Positions 1 to 8,126 of a DNA stretch of 40,356 nucleotides are shown here, one piece after another (position 1 is the first letter of the stretch; every line of letters begins with the position of its first letter). This DNA comes from a virus. Its lineage: Duplodnaviria > Caudoviricetes. The position numbers and the translations under genes are program-made. Below the pieces are notes generated by a model, which ran no database searches, had not been told where the DNA came from, and worked only from the letters and a program-made list of their open reading frames with translations. The stretch covers positions 1-40,356 of IMG/VR virus record IMGVR_UViG_3300005611_000072. One strand, given 5' to 3'.

Positions 1-80
1 GCCTCAGCCTTTGAGTGAAACGAGTAACCTTTATAGGTTTGTCTAGTTGATTTAGAGTAGTTTCTGTTAAAGTTTCCCAT
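1..80 (-). CDS. N-terminal part of DUF1064-like PD-(D/E)XK nuclease (runs off window start)
   Basis: ATG at 80; hand translation MGNFNRNYSKSTRQTYKGYSFHSKAEA resembles the family's N-terminal Y.G..F.SK.EA motif; C-terminal part lies at 40127-40356. Confidence 0.7.
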   Translation of the reverse strand, partial: MGNFNRNYSKSTRQTYKGYSFHSKAE

Positions 81-141
81 TTTTAATCCTTACCAAGCAA
101 CTATAGATAGCTAGCTCTAGTTCGTAGAAGAATTCTTTCAT
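67..141 (-). CDS. 24-aa micro-ORF
   Basis: MKEFFYELELAIYSCLVRIKNGKL; ATGA overlap with the stop of 138..416 and overlaps the next start. Confidence 0.3.
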   Translation of the reverse strand: MKEFFYELELAIYSCLVRIKNGKL

Positions 142-416
142 TGCAGGGTATCCTCGCAACTAAACTCCATTCTGTTTTCAAATACCGCCCCAGAAATTTT
201 ATTGTATCTCTCACCACATTTTTCACCTAATTCCTTTATTAGATCATGCTTGTTTTGTTTCTCTAGATTCATCCTGGTCATAGTTGTTTTCTCAAACATA
301 ATAAAGGATAGGATTAAGATAGACATAGCACCTAAAGTTAATCCTACTGAAACGGCAAATCTAAACTGTCCTTTAGTTAGTTCAAGCTTCTCAATAATTG
401 GGCTATTCACTTTCAA
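138..416 (-). CDS. hypothetical single-pass membrane protein
   Basis: hydrophobic segment FAVSVGLTLGAMSILILSFIMF; overlaps neighbours in the operon. Confidence 0.65.
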   Translation of the reverse strand: MKVNSPIIEKLELTKGQFRFAVSVGLTLGAMSILILSFIMFEKTTMTRMNLEKQNKHDLIKELGEKCGERYNKISGAVFENRMEFSCEDTLQ

Positions 417-633
417 TTTCCTTTCGTAAATCTTCTAAATCCTGAACACTTACATTTCTAATTTTATTGTAAATATCTAGTATTGATTGGCGCGATTGAC
501 CATAGACATCAGCAATCCTTTGGAAGGTCCAGCCTTGGTTGCGCTTCATTAGAATATCTATGCGCTTATCAAGTTTCATTTGCTTAGTGTCGCGCTTTCG
601 TCTTTTCTTTGACATAGTATATTTTTTGCTCAT
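403..633 (-). CDS. helix-turn-helix DNA-binding protein (sigma70 region 4-like)
   Basis: GWTFQRIADVYGQSRQSILDIY fits an HTH; basic N-terminus; ATGA coupling. Confidence 0.7.
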   Translation of the reverse strand: MSKKYTMSKKRRKRDTKQMKLDKRIDILMKRNQGWTFQRIADVYGQSRQSILDIYNKIRNVSVQDLEDLRKEIESE

Positions 634-971
634 TCTAGTTCTCCTTTCACATGGTCTATAAACTTTTCCATTTTTAACTTATAATAAACTTCAAAGTCAT
701 TCTCAGTCTCTCCTAATTGTTTCCATAGAATAAATAGTACTGCTCTAAGCCTACTAGAAGGTGATTTTCCTGTTATTGGCTCACTTATCTTAAGTATACC
801 GCTACTTCCTGACTCAGCCTCAAATATGGCGTTTACTAAGAGCTTAGATATTTTCCTAAAAGCAGCTAACTCATCATCACTTAGTTCTGGTGTAGTAGCA
901 CTAAAGCTGATTGAGTCATCCTTCTTAATTGAGACTCTGTTTATCTGTAGTTGTGTGTGGATTGCTTTCAT
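630..971 (-). CDS. phage hypothetical protein of the recombination module
   Basis: 113-aa ORF with KSPSSRLRAVLFILWKQ...YYKLKMEKFID; follows the SSB-like gene. Confidence 0.65.
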   Translation of the reverse strand: MKAIHTQLQINRVSIKKDDSISFSATTPELSDDELAAFRKISKLLVNAIFEAESGSSGILKISEPITGKSPSSRLRAVLFILWKQLGETENDFEVYYKLKMEKFIDHVKGELE

Positions 972-974
972 AGA

Positions 975-1235
975 CTAGAAGGGAATTTGATCTGCCACAT
1001 CTTCATTTATTACTTCATCAGGAACTTCTGCGTTGCTTGGAACTCTTAGCGGTTCTTTGTCTTCTACTCTTTCATAGGATTTATAGTCTGGTCGTCTTGG
1101 ATTATCACCCTTATCATTCTTGAAGATATTGAAGTTCTCCCCCTTTTTAATATCTCTATCTGCTGAGAATGAGAAGTATGGTTGTCCATTCTTATCCTTC
1201 TTTACCCATAGTGAACAGTTCTTTATGTATTTCAT
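975..1235 (-). CDS. putative single-stranded DNA-binding protein
   Basis: small beta-rich domain, NDKGDNPRRPDY motif, acidic tail ending DQIPF like SSB C-termini; next to the annealase-like gene. Confidence 0.6.
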   Translation of the reverse strand: MKYIKNCSLWVKKDKNGQPYFSFSADRDIKKGENFNIFKNDKGDNPRRPDYKSYERVEDKEPLRVPSNAEVPDEVINEDVADQIPF

Positions 1236-1564
1236 GACATCTCCTCTTTAAGTGCCTGTCCAATATTAATTGCATCTCGCAATGCTCTCCCCTTAGCGCG
1301 GGTTGCACTCATTCTTACTAAGTGGGGAACAATCATCTTATTTACATTCTTTGGTGAAGCATCACCTATCTCTGTGAAGGTTGAGTCATCTTTCATAGTC
1401 ACTGTGGCCTCACAGATACACATGAAATGGTTCTCATCTGTGGGGTACTGAAGTATCTTAACAACAATACCTTTTAAGCCTTTTTTGTGGGCTTCTGATA
1501 GCACTCCAGCATAAGTAGGATGCTCTTTACCGTGTAAATTAACTGTTTCTATTTTGTCATTCAT
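1232..1564 (-). CDS. putative single-strand annealing protein (Rad52/ERF-like)
   Basis: CEATVT...FTEIGDASP...RMSATRAKGRALRDA pattern; SSAP-SSB gene order. Confidence 0.55.
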   Translation of the reverse strand: MNDKIETVNLHGKEHPTYAGVLSEAHKKGLKGIVVKILQYPTDENHFMCICEATVTMKDDSTFTEIGDASPKNVNKMIVPHLVRMSATRAKGRALRDAINIGQALKEEMS

Positions 1565-1635
1565 AATTACTTTCTTTGTTAGTTATCATTTATTCTCTCA
1601 AGTGGGAGTATACCTTTTGTATACCTTCCGTATAC

Positions 1636-1785
1636 CTATTTATCTAATAACCATGTTTCCATGTAATCAGTTTCTACTTCTTCTCCTACACAATTTTCCT
1701 TACACTCTCCACACATCCCATGGCCATTACTATCTTCTCCTAGTACGCTAGAACCACAACAGTTTGATACTAAATCTATACTCAT
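1636..1785 (-). CDS. 49-aa Cys-rich, probably Zn-binding protein (not in ORF track)
   Basis: MSIDLVSNCCGSSVLGEDSNGHGMCGECKENC...; AGGAGGT SD; ATGA overlap with YopX stop. Confidence 0.7.
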   Translation of the reverse strand: MSIDLVSNCCGSSVLGEDSNGHGMCGECKENCVGEEVETDYMETWLLDK

Positions 1786-2183
1786 TTTACCTCCTTTAGT
1801 AGTTCTGAGTTAGAATATATGTCTCCTATTACTTCATAGTTTTCTGCTTCTATTGTAAATTCTCCAACTCCGAACCATGGATCTGCTGCAAAACCATTTT
1901 TATACCACTCAACTCTTGCATAACCAATCCCTTCTTCTGGATATTCGTTGTCTATTAAAATATCCCCCTCATAGATCTCTACACCATTCTTATCTTTGAG
2001 TCCTGTGTATTCTAGGTAAATGTAGTTTCTACCATCAGCCATTACCTCAATGGGGTTTATACCATTTTCAAGAGCTAGATCAGCCCATGTTTTTCCAATT
2101 TCAGTTAAAATACTGTCAATATCTTTTCCAGGCAACATTCTTTTTGTATCTTTATCCCAAGCTCTAAATTTGATTGTTCTCAT
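1782..2183 (-). CDS. YopX family protein
   Basis: MRTIKFRAWDK...YTGLKDKNGVEIYEGDI...EVIGDIYSNSELL signature; AGGAGGT SD. Confidence 0.92.
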   Translation of the reverse strand: MRTIKFRAWDKDTKRMLPGKDIDSILTEIGKTWADLALENGINPIEVMADGRNYIYLEYTGLKDKNGVEIYEGDILIDNEYPEEGIGYARVEWYKNGFAADPWFGVGEFTIEAENYEVIGDIYSNSELLKEVK

Positions 2184-2302
2184 TTTACCTCCTGTGATAA
2201 TTCTTGCATTCTTTTAACAGTCCACCATTTAGTTACATCGTTATACTTATGCCAATTGGTTTTTACCTGTTCTAGTTTTTCTTCGTATTGTGATAGTGTC
2301 AT
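2180..2302 (-). CDS. 40-aa hypothetical protein (not in ORF track)
   Basis: MTLSQYEEKLEQVKTNWHKY...QEVK; coupled on both sides (TAATG and ATGA). Confidence 0.6.
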   Translation of the reverse strand: MTLSQYEEKLEQVKTNWHKYNDVTKWWTVKRMQELSQEVK

Positions 2303-2445
2303 TATAGTTCCCTCCCAACCCATGGTTCTGGATCTGGTAAATCATACTCTAAGTCTTCGTAATCATTAACTGTTTCAATTTCCTGTGAATCTTTTATGTA
2401 GAATTGGAAGTCATCGTAAGTGCATCCTTGTAGTGGTAAGTTCAT
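2302..2445 (-). CDS. 47-aa acidic hypothetical protein (not in ORF track)
   Basis: MNLPLQGCTYDDFQFYIKDSQEIETVNDYEDLEYDLPDPEPWVGREL; GGGGG SD-like leader; first gene after the promoter at 2475-2519. Confidence 0.6.
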   Translation of the reverse strand: MNLPLQGCTYDDFQFYIKDSQEIETVNDYEDLEYDLPDPEPWVGREL

Positions 2446-2474
2446 ATTTCCCCCAAATATTTAATATTAAGTAA

Positions 2475-2519
2475 ATAATATCAGAATTAAACATAGTGTC
2501 AAGTAGCAATTTACTCAAG
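2475..2519 (-). promoter_or_regulatory. class A promoter with upstream 22-bp element, copy 1
   Basis: CTTGAGTAAATTGCTACTTGAC running into TTGACA-N16-TATTAT (TGn extended -10); element identical at 35624-35645. Confidence 0.7.
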
Positions 2520-2530
2520 GAAGTAGTAGT

Positions 2531-2566
2531 AAAAAAACAGAGCGACTGCCATCGCAGCCGCTTCTG
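2531..2566 (-). terminator. intrinsic terminator
   Basis: minus strand CAGAAGCGGCTGC-GATG-GCAGTCGCTCTG followed by T7. Confidence 0.8.
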
Positions 2567-2619
2567 ATTATCTATTCTGGGGGAATAGAGGAATTCTAGT
2601 ATAACACACGACAAACATT

Positions 2620-2885
2620 GCCATAAGAAAGCCTTTGGCTTTTGTGGGGTTAGTCTCCCTTTCCTAGATCCTCTCCTTTTCTTGTATTCCTTTTCTCCTA
2701 GGCGAGCAAGCTCGTTTTTTTAAACTTACTTACTCTTTTCGCCTGAGGTCTCTTAAGAGTTCAATCGTTTCCAAACCTATCAACCATGTGTTTCGGGAGT
2801 TGCTTCTGGGAATCCATTACGGGATCGGGTTTTCATTCCCTGGTTTGCAACCAACCACTCCTGCCTATAGCTAATAAGCTATATA
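2620..2885 (-). other. structured non-coding segment; candidate ncRNA or replication origin
   Basis: no credible ORF; stems GGGAAT/ATTCCC, GGAGT/ACTCC, AGGCGA/TCGCCT; inverted repeat at 2866-2883; purine-rich minus-strand tract at ~2655-2700. Confidence 0.35.
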
Positions 2886-2978
2886 AAATTAACTTAATAT
2901 TAATTCAAATAACTAACAATATTTTCAGCTTCTTCCAGTAACAATCTGCCATAATGTGCAATTAAGTGCTGCGGGAAT

Positions 2979-3102
2979 AAAAAAACCGCTTACTACTGGC
3001 AACCCTGGAAAGAGTTTTGGCAATTCTTTAGATTGCCATGAGTAAACGGTCTTACTCTTTCCATTATACCCCGATTGCCGTAGGGATTCCACCTCTGTGG
3101 AC
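2979..3102 (-). ncRNA. candidate ~125-nt structured RNA or attenuator
   Basis: own promoter (3109-3138); stems 3006-3015/3054-3063, 3018-3024/3032-3038, 2993-3002/3075-3083; crossing helix 2985-2994/3041-3050; ends in T7. Confidence 0.55.
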
Positions 3103-3108
3103 AAATTC

Positions 3109-3138
3109 AGAATACTACTAATTAATCATGCGTGTCAA
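3109..3138 (-). promoter_or_regulatory. sigma70-type promoter
   Basis: TTGACA-N18-TATTCT just downstream of the terminator at 3161-3199. Confidence 0.65.
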
Positions 3139-3160
3139 CCATATCTTACTGTAGCAAAAT

Positions 3161-3199
3161 AAAAAACCAGGGTTGTAGCATCACGCTTCCTCTCCTGGT
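3161..3199 (-). terminator. probable intrinsic terminator
   Basis: ACCAGG/CCTGGT stem with large loop, followed by a T-tract on the minus strand. Confidence 0.5.
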
Positions 3200-3385
3200 C
3201 TTATGACAACTGTTTTAGGATTCTGACAGGGTCTGCATCAAGCTCATTCGTCTTGTAATAGCAGTATCCCTCATGGGTTATTATCCCATCCAACCTGCGG
3301 GCCCCTCCACCTTTGGTATCTTAGGCTAGTTTAATGAGACTAGCAGCAGATGGCTTAAACCACCATCACTGAGTTGTAATTTTAT
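3161..3385 (-). ncRNA. candidate structured RNA downstream of an HNH gene
   Basis: ORF-free, more GC-rich; hairpins 3349-3353/3363-3367, 3325-3330/3339-3344, 3273-3277/3285-3289; terminator at 3' end. Confidence 0.35.
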
Positions 3386-3389
3386 TCTA

Positions 3390-3719
3390 TCACAATCTCT
3401 TTTCTAACATCATTATTGCCCATTCATTTTGTGAAATTGTAAGTCCGTTCTCTCCAGTAGTAGCTATATGATATTCTAGATGACATTGGGTACAGAGAGT
3501 GTCACCGTTTTCTGGATCATCATAGCCTTCTCCTCTAGTGTGATCGTGGTGTGAGGCTTCTAATGATTCCCGCGCACCACAAGCTATACAGGTGTATCCA
3601 TCTCTTTTTAGAATTTCTTCTCTACTCTTTCTTGAAAATGCGGTAAGGGATAGAGCAAACAGTCCTAAGACTGCTGCTGGAACTACAAAGAGCTCTTTGT
3701 TAGAACGCTTCTCCTTCAT
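3390..3719 (-). CDS. HNH endonuclease with N-terminal hydrophobic segment
   Basis: ILKRDGYTCIACG...SHHDH...NGDTLCTQCH; N-terminal LFVVPAAVLGLFALSLTAF. Confidence 0.8.
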   Translation of the reverse strand: MKEKRSNKELFVVPAAVLGLFALSLTAFSRKSREEILKRDGYTCIACGARESLEASHHDHTRGEGYDDPENGDTLCTQCHLEYHIATTGENGLTISQNEWAIMMLEKRL

Positions 3720-3731
3720 ATTGTTTTTTCA

Positions 3732-3929
3732 TTAGAATAGATCTCCCGCAGGAACATATTCTATTTGGTTATTTACCATTACAACGTATTCCCCATTATT
3801 ATGTCCTAAAACAAGAACTGTCTCATTGTTGAAAACAGTCTCATATGGCTCTTCGTAAGCCACACCATCTATAGATAAATCCATTTGAGCAGCAACTCTA
3901 ATGTTTTCTAGACTCCCCTTTTTCAACAT
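3732..3929 (-). CDS. hypothetical protein
   Basis: 65-aa ORF with GGAGGT SD. Confidence 0.65.
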   Translation of the reverse strand: MLKKGSLENIRVAAQMDLSIDGVAYEEPYETVFNNETVLVLGHNNGEYVVMVNNQIEYVPAGDLF

Positions 3930-3979
3930 CTTCCACCTCCTCTGGACTACACCTAATACACTTCTTTTCTACTGGATTA

Positions 3980-4381
3980 TTATATTCCTTTAAACATAGA
4001 TTTTGTATCTTCTTCTTTTCTTATTTCTTTTGCTTTTTTAATTTTAATTTCTAATCGTTTCTTATTATATTTTATAGTTCCTAATCTATGCAATATACCA
4101 TGACACTTAACACAAACAGTTAAGAGATTTAGATGATGATTGTTATGATGGTCTCCATCTATGTGATGAACATTATTAGCAGAGCATTTACAAACACGAC
4201 ATTTAAAATTATCTCTAACTAAAATATCTCCTCTTAATCTTTTAAAGTTTGCCGATCTCTTATCACCATAATTACACCTGTCACAAATTTCTGGCTTATT
4301 CCAGACAGTTTCTATCTTAGTTCCACACTTAGGACAAGCATTTATATATGGGTTACACTCAACTCCATTAATAATTTTCAT
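3980..4381 (-). CDS. HNH endonuclease with N-terminal Zn ribbon
   Basis: CPKC..CDRC, then RDNFKCRVC...VHHIDGDHHNNHHLNLLTVCVKCH. Confidence 0.88.
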   Translation of the reverse strand: MKIINGVECNPYINACPKCGTKIETVWNKPEICDRCNYGDKRSANFKRLRGDILVRDNFKCRVCKCSANNVHHIDGDHHNNHHLNLLTVCVKCHGILHRLGTIKYNKKRLEIKIKKAKEIRKEEDTKSMFKGI

Positions 4382-4457
4382 TATATTAAATTATTGTTGA
4401 TAGCACTTTATTAGCAATTATAGCGTTGCTATATTATTTGTTGATATATCAACATTT

Positions 4458-5360
4458 TTAGAAAGGTAGTTTAATATTAGAACCAGACTCATGCTGGTAC
4501 TTATCTATACTTTTAATCACTAATCCGACTAGAAATGCTGCTATTGCTTGTTGATCAGCTCCCAATTCACCCAAAACAGGGTATTGACTGTATGCCCATG
4601 TTAATAAAGCACCGATGGCTAGTGAGACCACATATCTAACAGGGTCTTTAATAGCTTCTACTGGCTTTGGTTTCTCTAGCTCTTTAATCCTCAGTTTTGC
4701 TTGAGTAAGGTCGAATTTAACTTTCTTATATAATTTATTCAACTTAATTACCTTAGCGCTTTGATCGTTTAGTAGGCCCTGTAACTCTCCATTTCGGTCT
4801 CTTTCACTCTTTAGGTGACCTCCATTGCCGTCTTCGCCCAAATGTTCCACTAAATAATTCACAAAATCTTTAATAGTTCCTTTACCATACTTATCCATAA
4901 GGCTTTGCATAGCTTCTGCTAGTTCATTTTGTTTTGGCATATTTTCTCCTTCATTATTTACTATAGCATTTTTAGATCTTAACCATCCAGCGACCCTCGG
5001 ATTTAAGTAGTTATGCTTTTGAATGTGGGCTGGTGTGCCAGTGGGGTAGTTCTGATCAAACGATCTAAATGAGTTAATATTTCCCTCAATGAAAATACCA
5101 ACATGACCCCATTTATTGTGTTGCCAGATCATTATATCTCCTGGCTGGGGGATGGCTTCTGGTGTGTTAGGAATCCAAATAAAATTCTTAGTTAGTTTGG
5201 AGGGAAAGTCTCTGGCATTAGTCCATTCGACTATTGGGTGATTAAGTACATCTCTTAAGAAGGCATTAGCAAGATCTACACATTGATTTTCTGCTCCTGG
5301 TGAACCAGCAACTTCTATAAATTTTCCGATGTTGGTTTTTATAAATCCTTGTAGGGTCAT
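4458..5360 (-). CDS. endolysin: CHAP domain, coiled coil and C-terminal hydrophobic helices
   Basis: QCVDL, PQPGDIMIW, WGHVGI and FDQNY CHAP motifs. Confidence 0.88.
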   Translation of the reverse strand: MTLQGFIKTNIGKFIEVAGSPGAENQCVDLANAFLRDVLNHPIVEWTNARDFPSKLTKNFIWIPNTPEAIPQPGDIMIWQHNKWGHVGIFIEGNINSFRSFDQNYPTGTPAHIQKHNYLNPRVAGWLRSKNAIVNNEGENMPKQNELAEAMQSLMDKYGKGTIKDFVNYLVEHLGEDGNGGHLKSERDRNGELQGLLNDQSAKVIKLNKLYKKVKFDLTQAKLRIKELEKPKPVEAIKDPVRYVVSLAIGALLTWAYSQYPVLGELGADQQAIAAFLVGLVIKSIDKYQHESGSNIKLPF

Positions 5361-5364
5361 CTAT

Positions 5365-5628
5365 TTAATCCAGACATCCTTCTTTGAGTAAGTAGCATTT
5401 AATTTTGGTTACGTCTTCCCCAATATTAGTAACATCGCCTGACATGCCTTCCTGAATGGATTCAACTGCTGATATTCTGGAATCAAGGATGCTGATATCT
5501 TGTGCAAGAGGAGCGAGTTGATTAGTAAGCCAAAGAGCAAGAACCCAGAGAGCAATAGCCGCCAATGCCCCAACAATCTCTTTGAGATGGAGGATTGTGG
5601 AGATGGTTTTTTCAACTTGCTTTCGCAT
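5365..5628 (-). CDS. putative holin-like membrane protein
   Basis: one TM segment (IVGALAAIALWVLALWL) then coiled coil; directly upstream of the endolysin. Confidence 0.6.
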   Translation of the reverse strand: MRKQVEKTISTILHLKEIVGALAAIALWVLALWLTNQLAPLAQDISILDSRISAVESIQEGMSGDVTNIGEDVTKIKCYLLKEGCLD

Positions 5629-5727
5629 TTAGGCAGTCCTTCTGACATTGATATTTTGCTTCTTTTTTTTTCTTAGTCTAGCAATCTTGCCAGTCATTCT
5701 GTTTTTTAACACTTTAAATTTTTTCAT
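5629..5727 (-). CDS. 32-aa highly basic peptide (not in ORF track)
   Basis: MKKFKVLKNRMTGKIARLRKKKKQNINVRRTA; TAATG overlap upstream, stop abuts the next ATG. Confidence 0.55.
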   Translation of the reverse strand: MKKFKVLKNRMTGKIARLRKKKKQNINVRRTA

Positions 5728-5879
5728 TATTCAACTAACTCCCATTCTTCCAATGACTCGCTAATAGTTTGAAGACTCGTTGAGTATTTATGAAGAAGAA
5801 TAGAGTTAAGTACTCCTATTAGGATATTTAATAGAACAAAGAGTAAAATTAGTTTTTCTAGAAAATTTAGCTTGTTCAT
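5727..5879 (-). CDS. 50-aa membrane protein, first gene of the lysis cassette (not in ORF track)
   Basis: MNKLNFLEKLILLFVLLNILIGVLNSILLHK...; ATG 6 nt after TATAAT. Confidence 0.65.
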   Translation of the reverse strand: MNKLNFLEKLILLFVLLNILIGVLNSILLHKYSTSLQTISESLEEWELVE

Positions 5880-5885
5880 AATTTA

Positions 5886-5915
5886 ATTATATTACCTTAA
5901 TTTGTTTATCCACAA
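5886..5915 (-). promoter_or_regulatory. promoter for a leaderless lysis transcript
   Basis: TTGTGG-N18-TATAAT, 6 nt to ATG, no SD. Confidence 0.6.
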
Positions 5916-5918
5916 GAG

Positions 5919-8126
5919 TTATTTATATTTCTCCTGAATATTCTCTCCAAACTCTTTTCTATCCTTAGTATCATCTATGCTCTTAAATTCAACAATTAGT
6001 TTCTGGGCCTCTTTAAGGCTAATCTTATCTTCCTTAACTGCTTTGATTAGGGCATTTTCAGTTTTTGTATAACTGCTCCACACATAATTAGATACAATTT
6101 TCCAATTACTGGGCTTTTCCTCGCCACCCAGTTTATTGGGAATAGTGTGGTCTAACTTAATTTCCTTCATATCTTTAACGCTTCCCCCATTCTCTTTAAC
6201 CCATGCTTTCTTAAAGGCTTGAGAGTCTTTGACGTCTTGTCTCTCTACCACGATAATTCCACCCTTGCTAACTTGCATTATTTTTTGACCAGTAAAGATA
6301 CGACTAAAGGCTGTTTCTGGGTCTGTATCCATGGCTTTAGCGTAAACTTGAACCATGCTCATAAAATCCTCATTTTTAATAACTTCATTGGTGGGGATTA
6401 TTTTAGTTTTAGTATTTGAGTCTCTAAAGTTATTAGAACCAAAGCCAAAGAAATCAAGCACTACTCCAAAAGCTTTATCAGTTGTTGGATTGGCTACTAG
6501 CTCAAGAACATTTTGAACAGATATTGGTACTCCAGATTGCATAAGGATACTACTAAAGGTTGGCTCATTGCCTTTAAAGTCTCTTCCTCTTAGCACATCT
6601 ATAGTTGCTCTAGAAGCAGGGGGAGTTTTATTAATAAAGTAATTCATTACTGCATCGAACCTACTAGATTCTGCAAATCCAGAGCCATATTCTTTTATTT
6701 CTCCAGTCGTGGCGCTCTTATACTTACCAGTCAACATTCTGGCGGCTAAGACTATCATTCCAGGTATGCCTCTTAAGAAGCTTACTCTAGTATCTCCAAA
6801 CTTTAACTTTAGGAAATCAGATGATAGGGGATTAAACTCAGTGGCCTCATCATCATTGGCTGTTACCAATCCTTCTATAATAGCGGTAGTAATAACTATC
6901 TTAACTAGGTTATCAAGAGCAATTCTCTTGTCAGCCTTTGGGATATTGCTAAATTGATGAGCTGTAAGAATATCTAAATCAGCTTTTAACATCTTAGGAG
7001 ACCACATTAGAAGTCTTGTAATTGGACTATTTAAGCGACCTATATCACCTCTAGCAGTAACAGAGTTAATGACTTTACCAAGCCCCTTAATCTGTTCGGT
7101 AGTCATCTCGATGCCTCTTGATACCTTCACATCTCTTAAGGTTTTATATAACTCAGTTCTCATTCTGACACCACTATTAGTAAAAGACACATCTGCGGCT
7201 TTAAATAGTCTACCAACTATGGGTATTCTGCTTGGTAGGGTAGTGGGGAATTCTTCTTCTACCCGATCTATAATTTTGGCTTTTTGATATTCACCCTCCA
7301 TATATAAGGGGTCTGAAAGCACTTTTGCCATTAAAGCATCATCTGCCTTGCCCTTGCCCACTGTTTTTACAAAATCACTCATGCTTTTAACAGCAGTTTT
7401 GCCCCAGATTTTAGGATTACCACTAAGTAGTGTAAAAATTCCCTGTCTACCAATAAAACTATTATCTACTGAGGCAACCAACGACACTGAAGTGTTTGCT
7501 ATCTCACTAGCGGTATCAAGCAGTAGATTTAAAACTGCCCTTACTTTGCCCTTTTTGAAATCTTGTTTAAACTGGTAGCCTCTATCTTTTAACATTTTCA
7601 AGATTGGTTTTTCTTGTGATTTGAGGTTTTCAATATAGTGATTTAATGCAACTTGGGTTGCACCATACTCATTTTGTTTTTTTTCAGACTTCCAAACTTT
7701 ATTTTCGCTATCATAGCTTTCTGCCAAATTTCCTAGTTTTTTGGAGAGCTTAGTGATATCTGCATATTCACCCTCGGTAACTGTTAGTCCCAATCTTTTT
7801 GAAACGAAAGTCTCTAGAAATTGCTCAACCTCTGAATTAGAGAGGGCTTTCTCAATTCTTCCCACTTTTGTTAAGAAGTCTCGTTTAATTTCTTTTGATC
7901 CACCCATATACTTAACAAACGAAGCAAACCCTCTTTGCTGGCTTTTAAGCAGCATTTTAGTCTCAAACAAATAATTGAGTCGTTCAGCGTTTTCTTTACC
8001 AACGTGTTTTTCAAACCACGCCAATCTTCCTTCAGTACCCCGATCAATCATCTTCTGGGGGTTGCCATCTTTTCTCAATGCTTCTCTTATATTTTGTTCA
8101 GCTTGCTTAGTAAGACACCAGGGCAT
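5919..8126 (-). CDS. probable internal virion/ejection protein with C-terminal HNH-like motif
   Basis: large helical protein at the end of a podovirus-type structural module; LDHTIPNKLGGEEKPSNW. Confidence 0.6.
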   Translation of the reverse strand: MPWCLTKQAEQNIREALRKDGNPQKMIDRGTEGRLAWFEKHVGKENAERLNYLFETKMLLKSQQRGFASFVKYMGGSKEIKRDFLTKVGRIEKALSNSEVEQFLETFVSKRLGLTVTEGEYADITKLSKKLGNLAESYDSENKVWKSEKKQNEYGATQVALNHYIENLKSQEKPILKMLKDRGYQFKQDFKKGKVRAVLNLLLDTASEIANTSVSLVASVDNSFIGRQGIFTLLSGNPKIWGKTAVKSMSDFVKTVGKGKADDALMAKVLSDPLYMEGEYQKAKIIDRVEEEFPTTLPSRIPIVGRLFKAADVSFTNSGVRMRTELYKTLRDVKVSRGIEMTTEQIKGLGKVINSVTARGDIGRLNSPITRLLMWSPKMLKADLDILTAHQFSNIPKADKRIALDNLVKIVITTAIIEGLVTANDDEATEFNPLSSDFLKLKFGDTRVSFLRGIPGMIVLAARMLTGKYKSATTGEIKEYGSGFAESSRFDAVMNYFINKTPPASRATIDVLRGRDFKGNEPTFSSILMQSGVPISVQNVLELVANPTTDKAFGVVLDFFGFGSNNFRDSNTKTKIIPTNEVIKNEDFMSMVQVYAKAMDTDPETAFSRIFTGQKIMQVSKGGIIVVERQDVKDSQAFKKAWVKENGGSVKDMKEIKLDHTIPNKLGGEEKPSNWKIVSNYVWSSYTKTENALIKAVKEDKISLKEAQKLIVEFKSIDDTKDRKEFGENIQEKYK

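Noticed and set aside
2411-2614. 67-aa ORF from the track
   Set aside because: Runs across a terminator and a promoter; a coupled 47-aa ORF at 2302-2445 fits better
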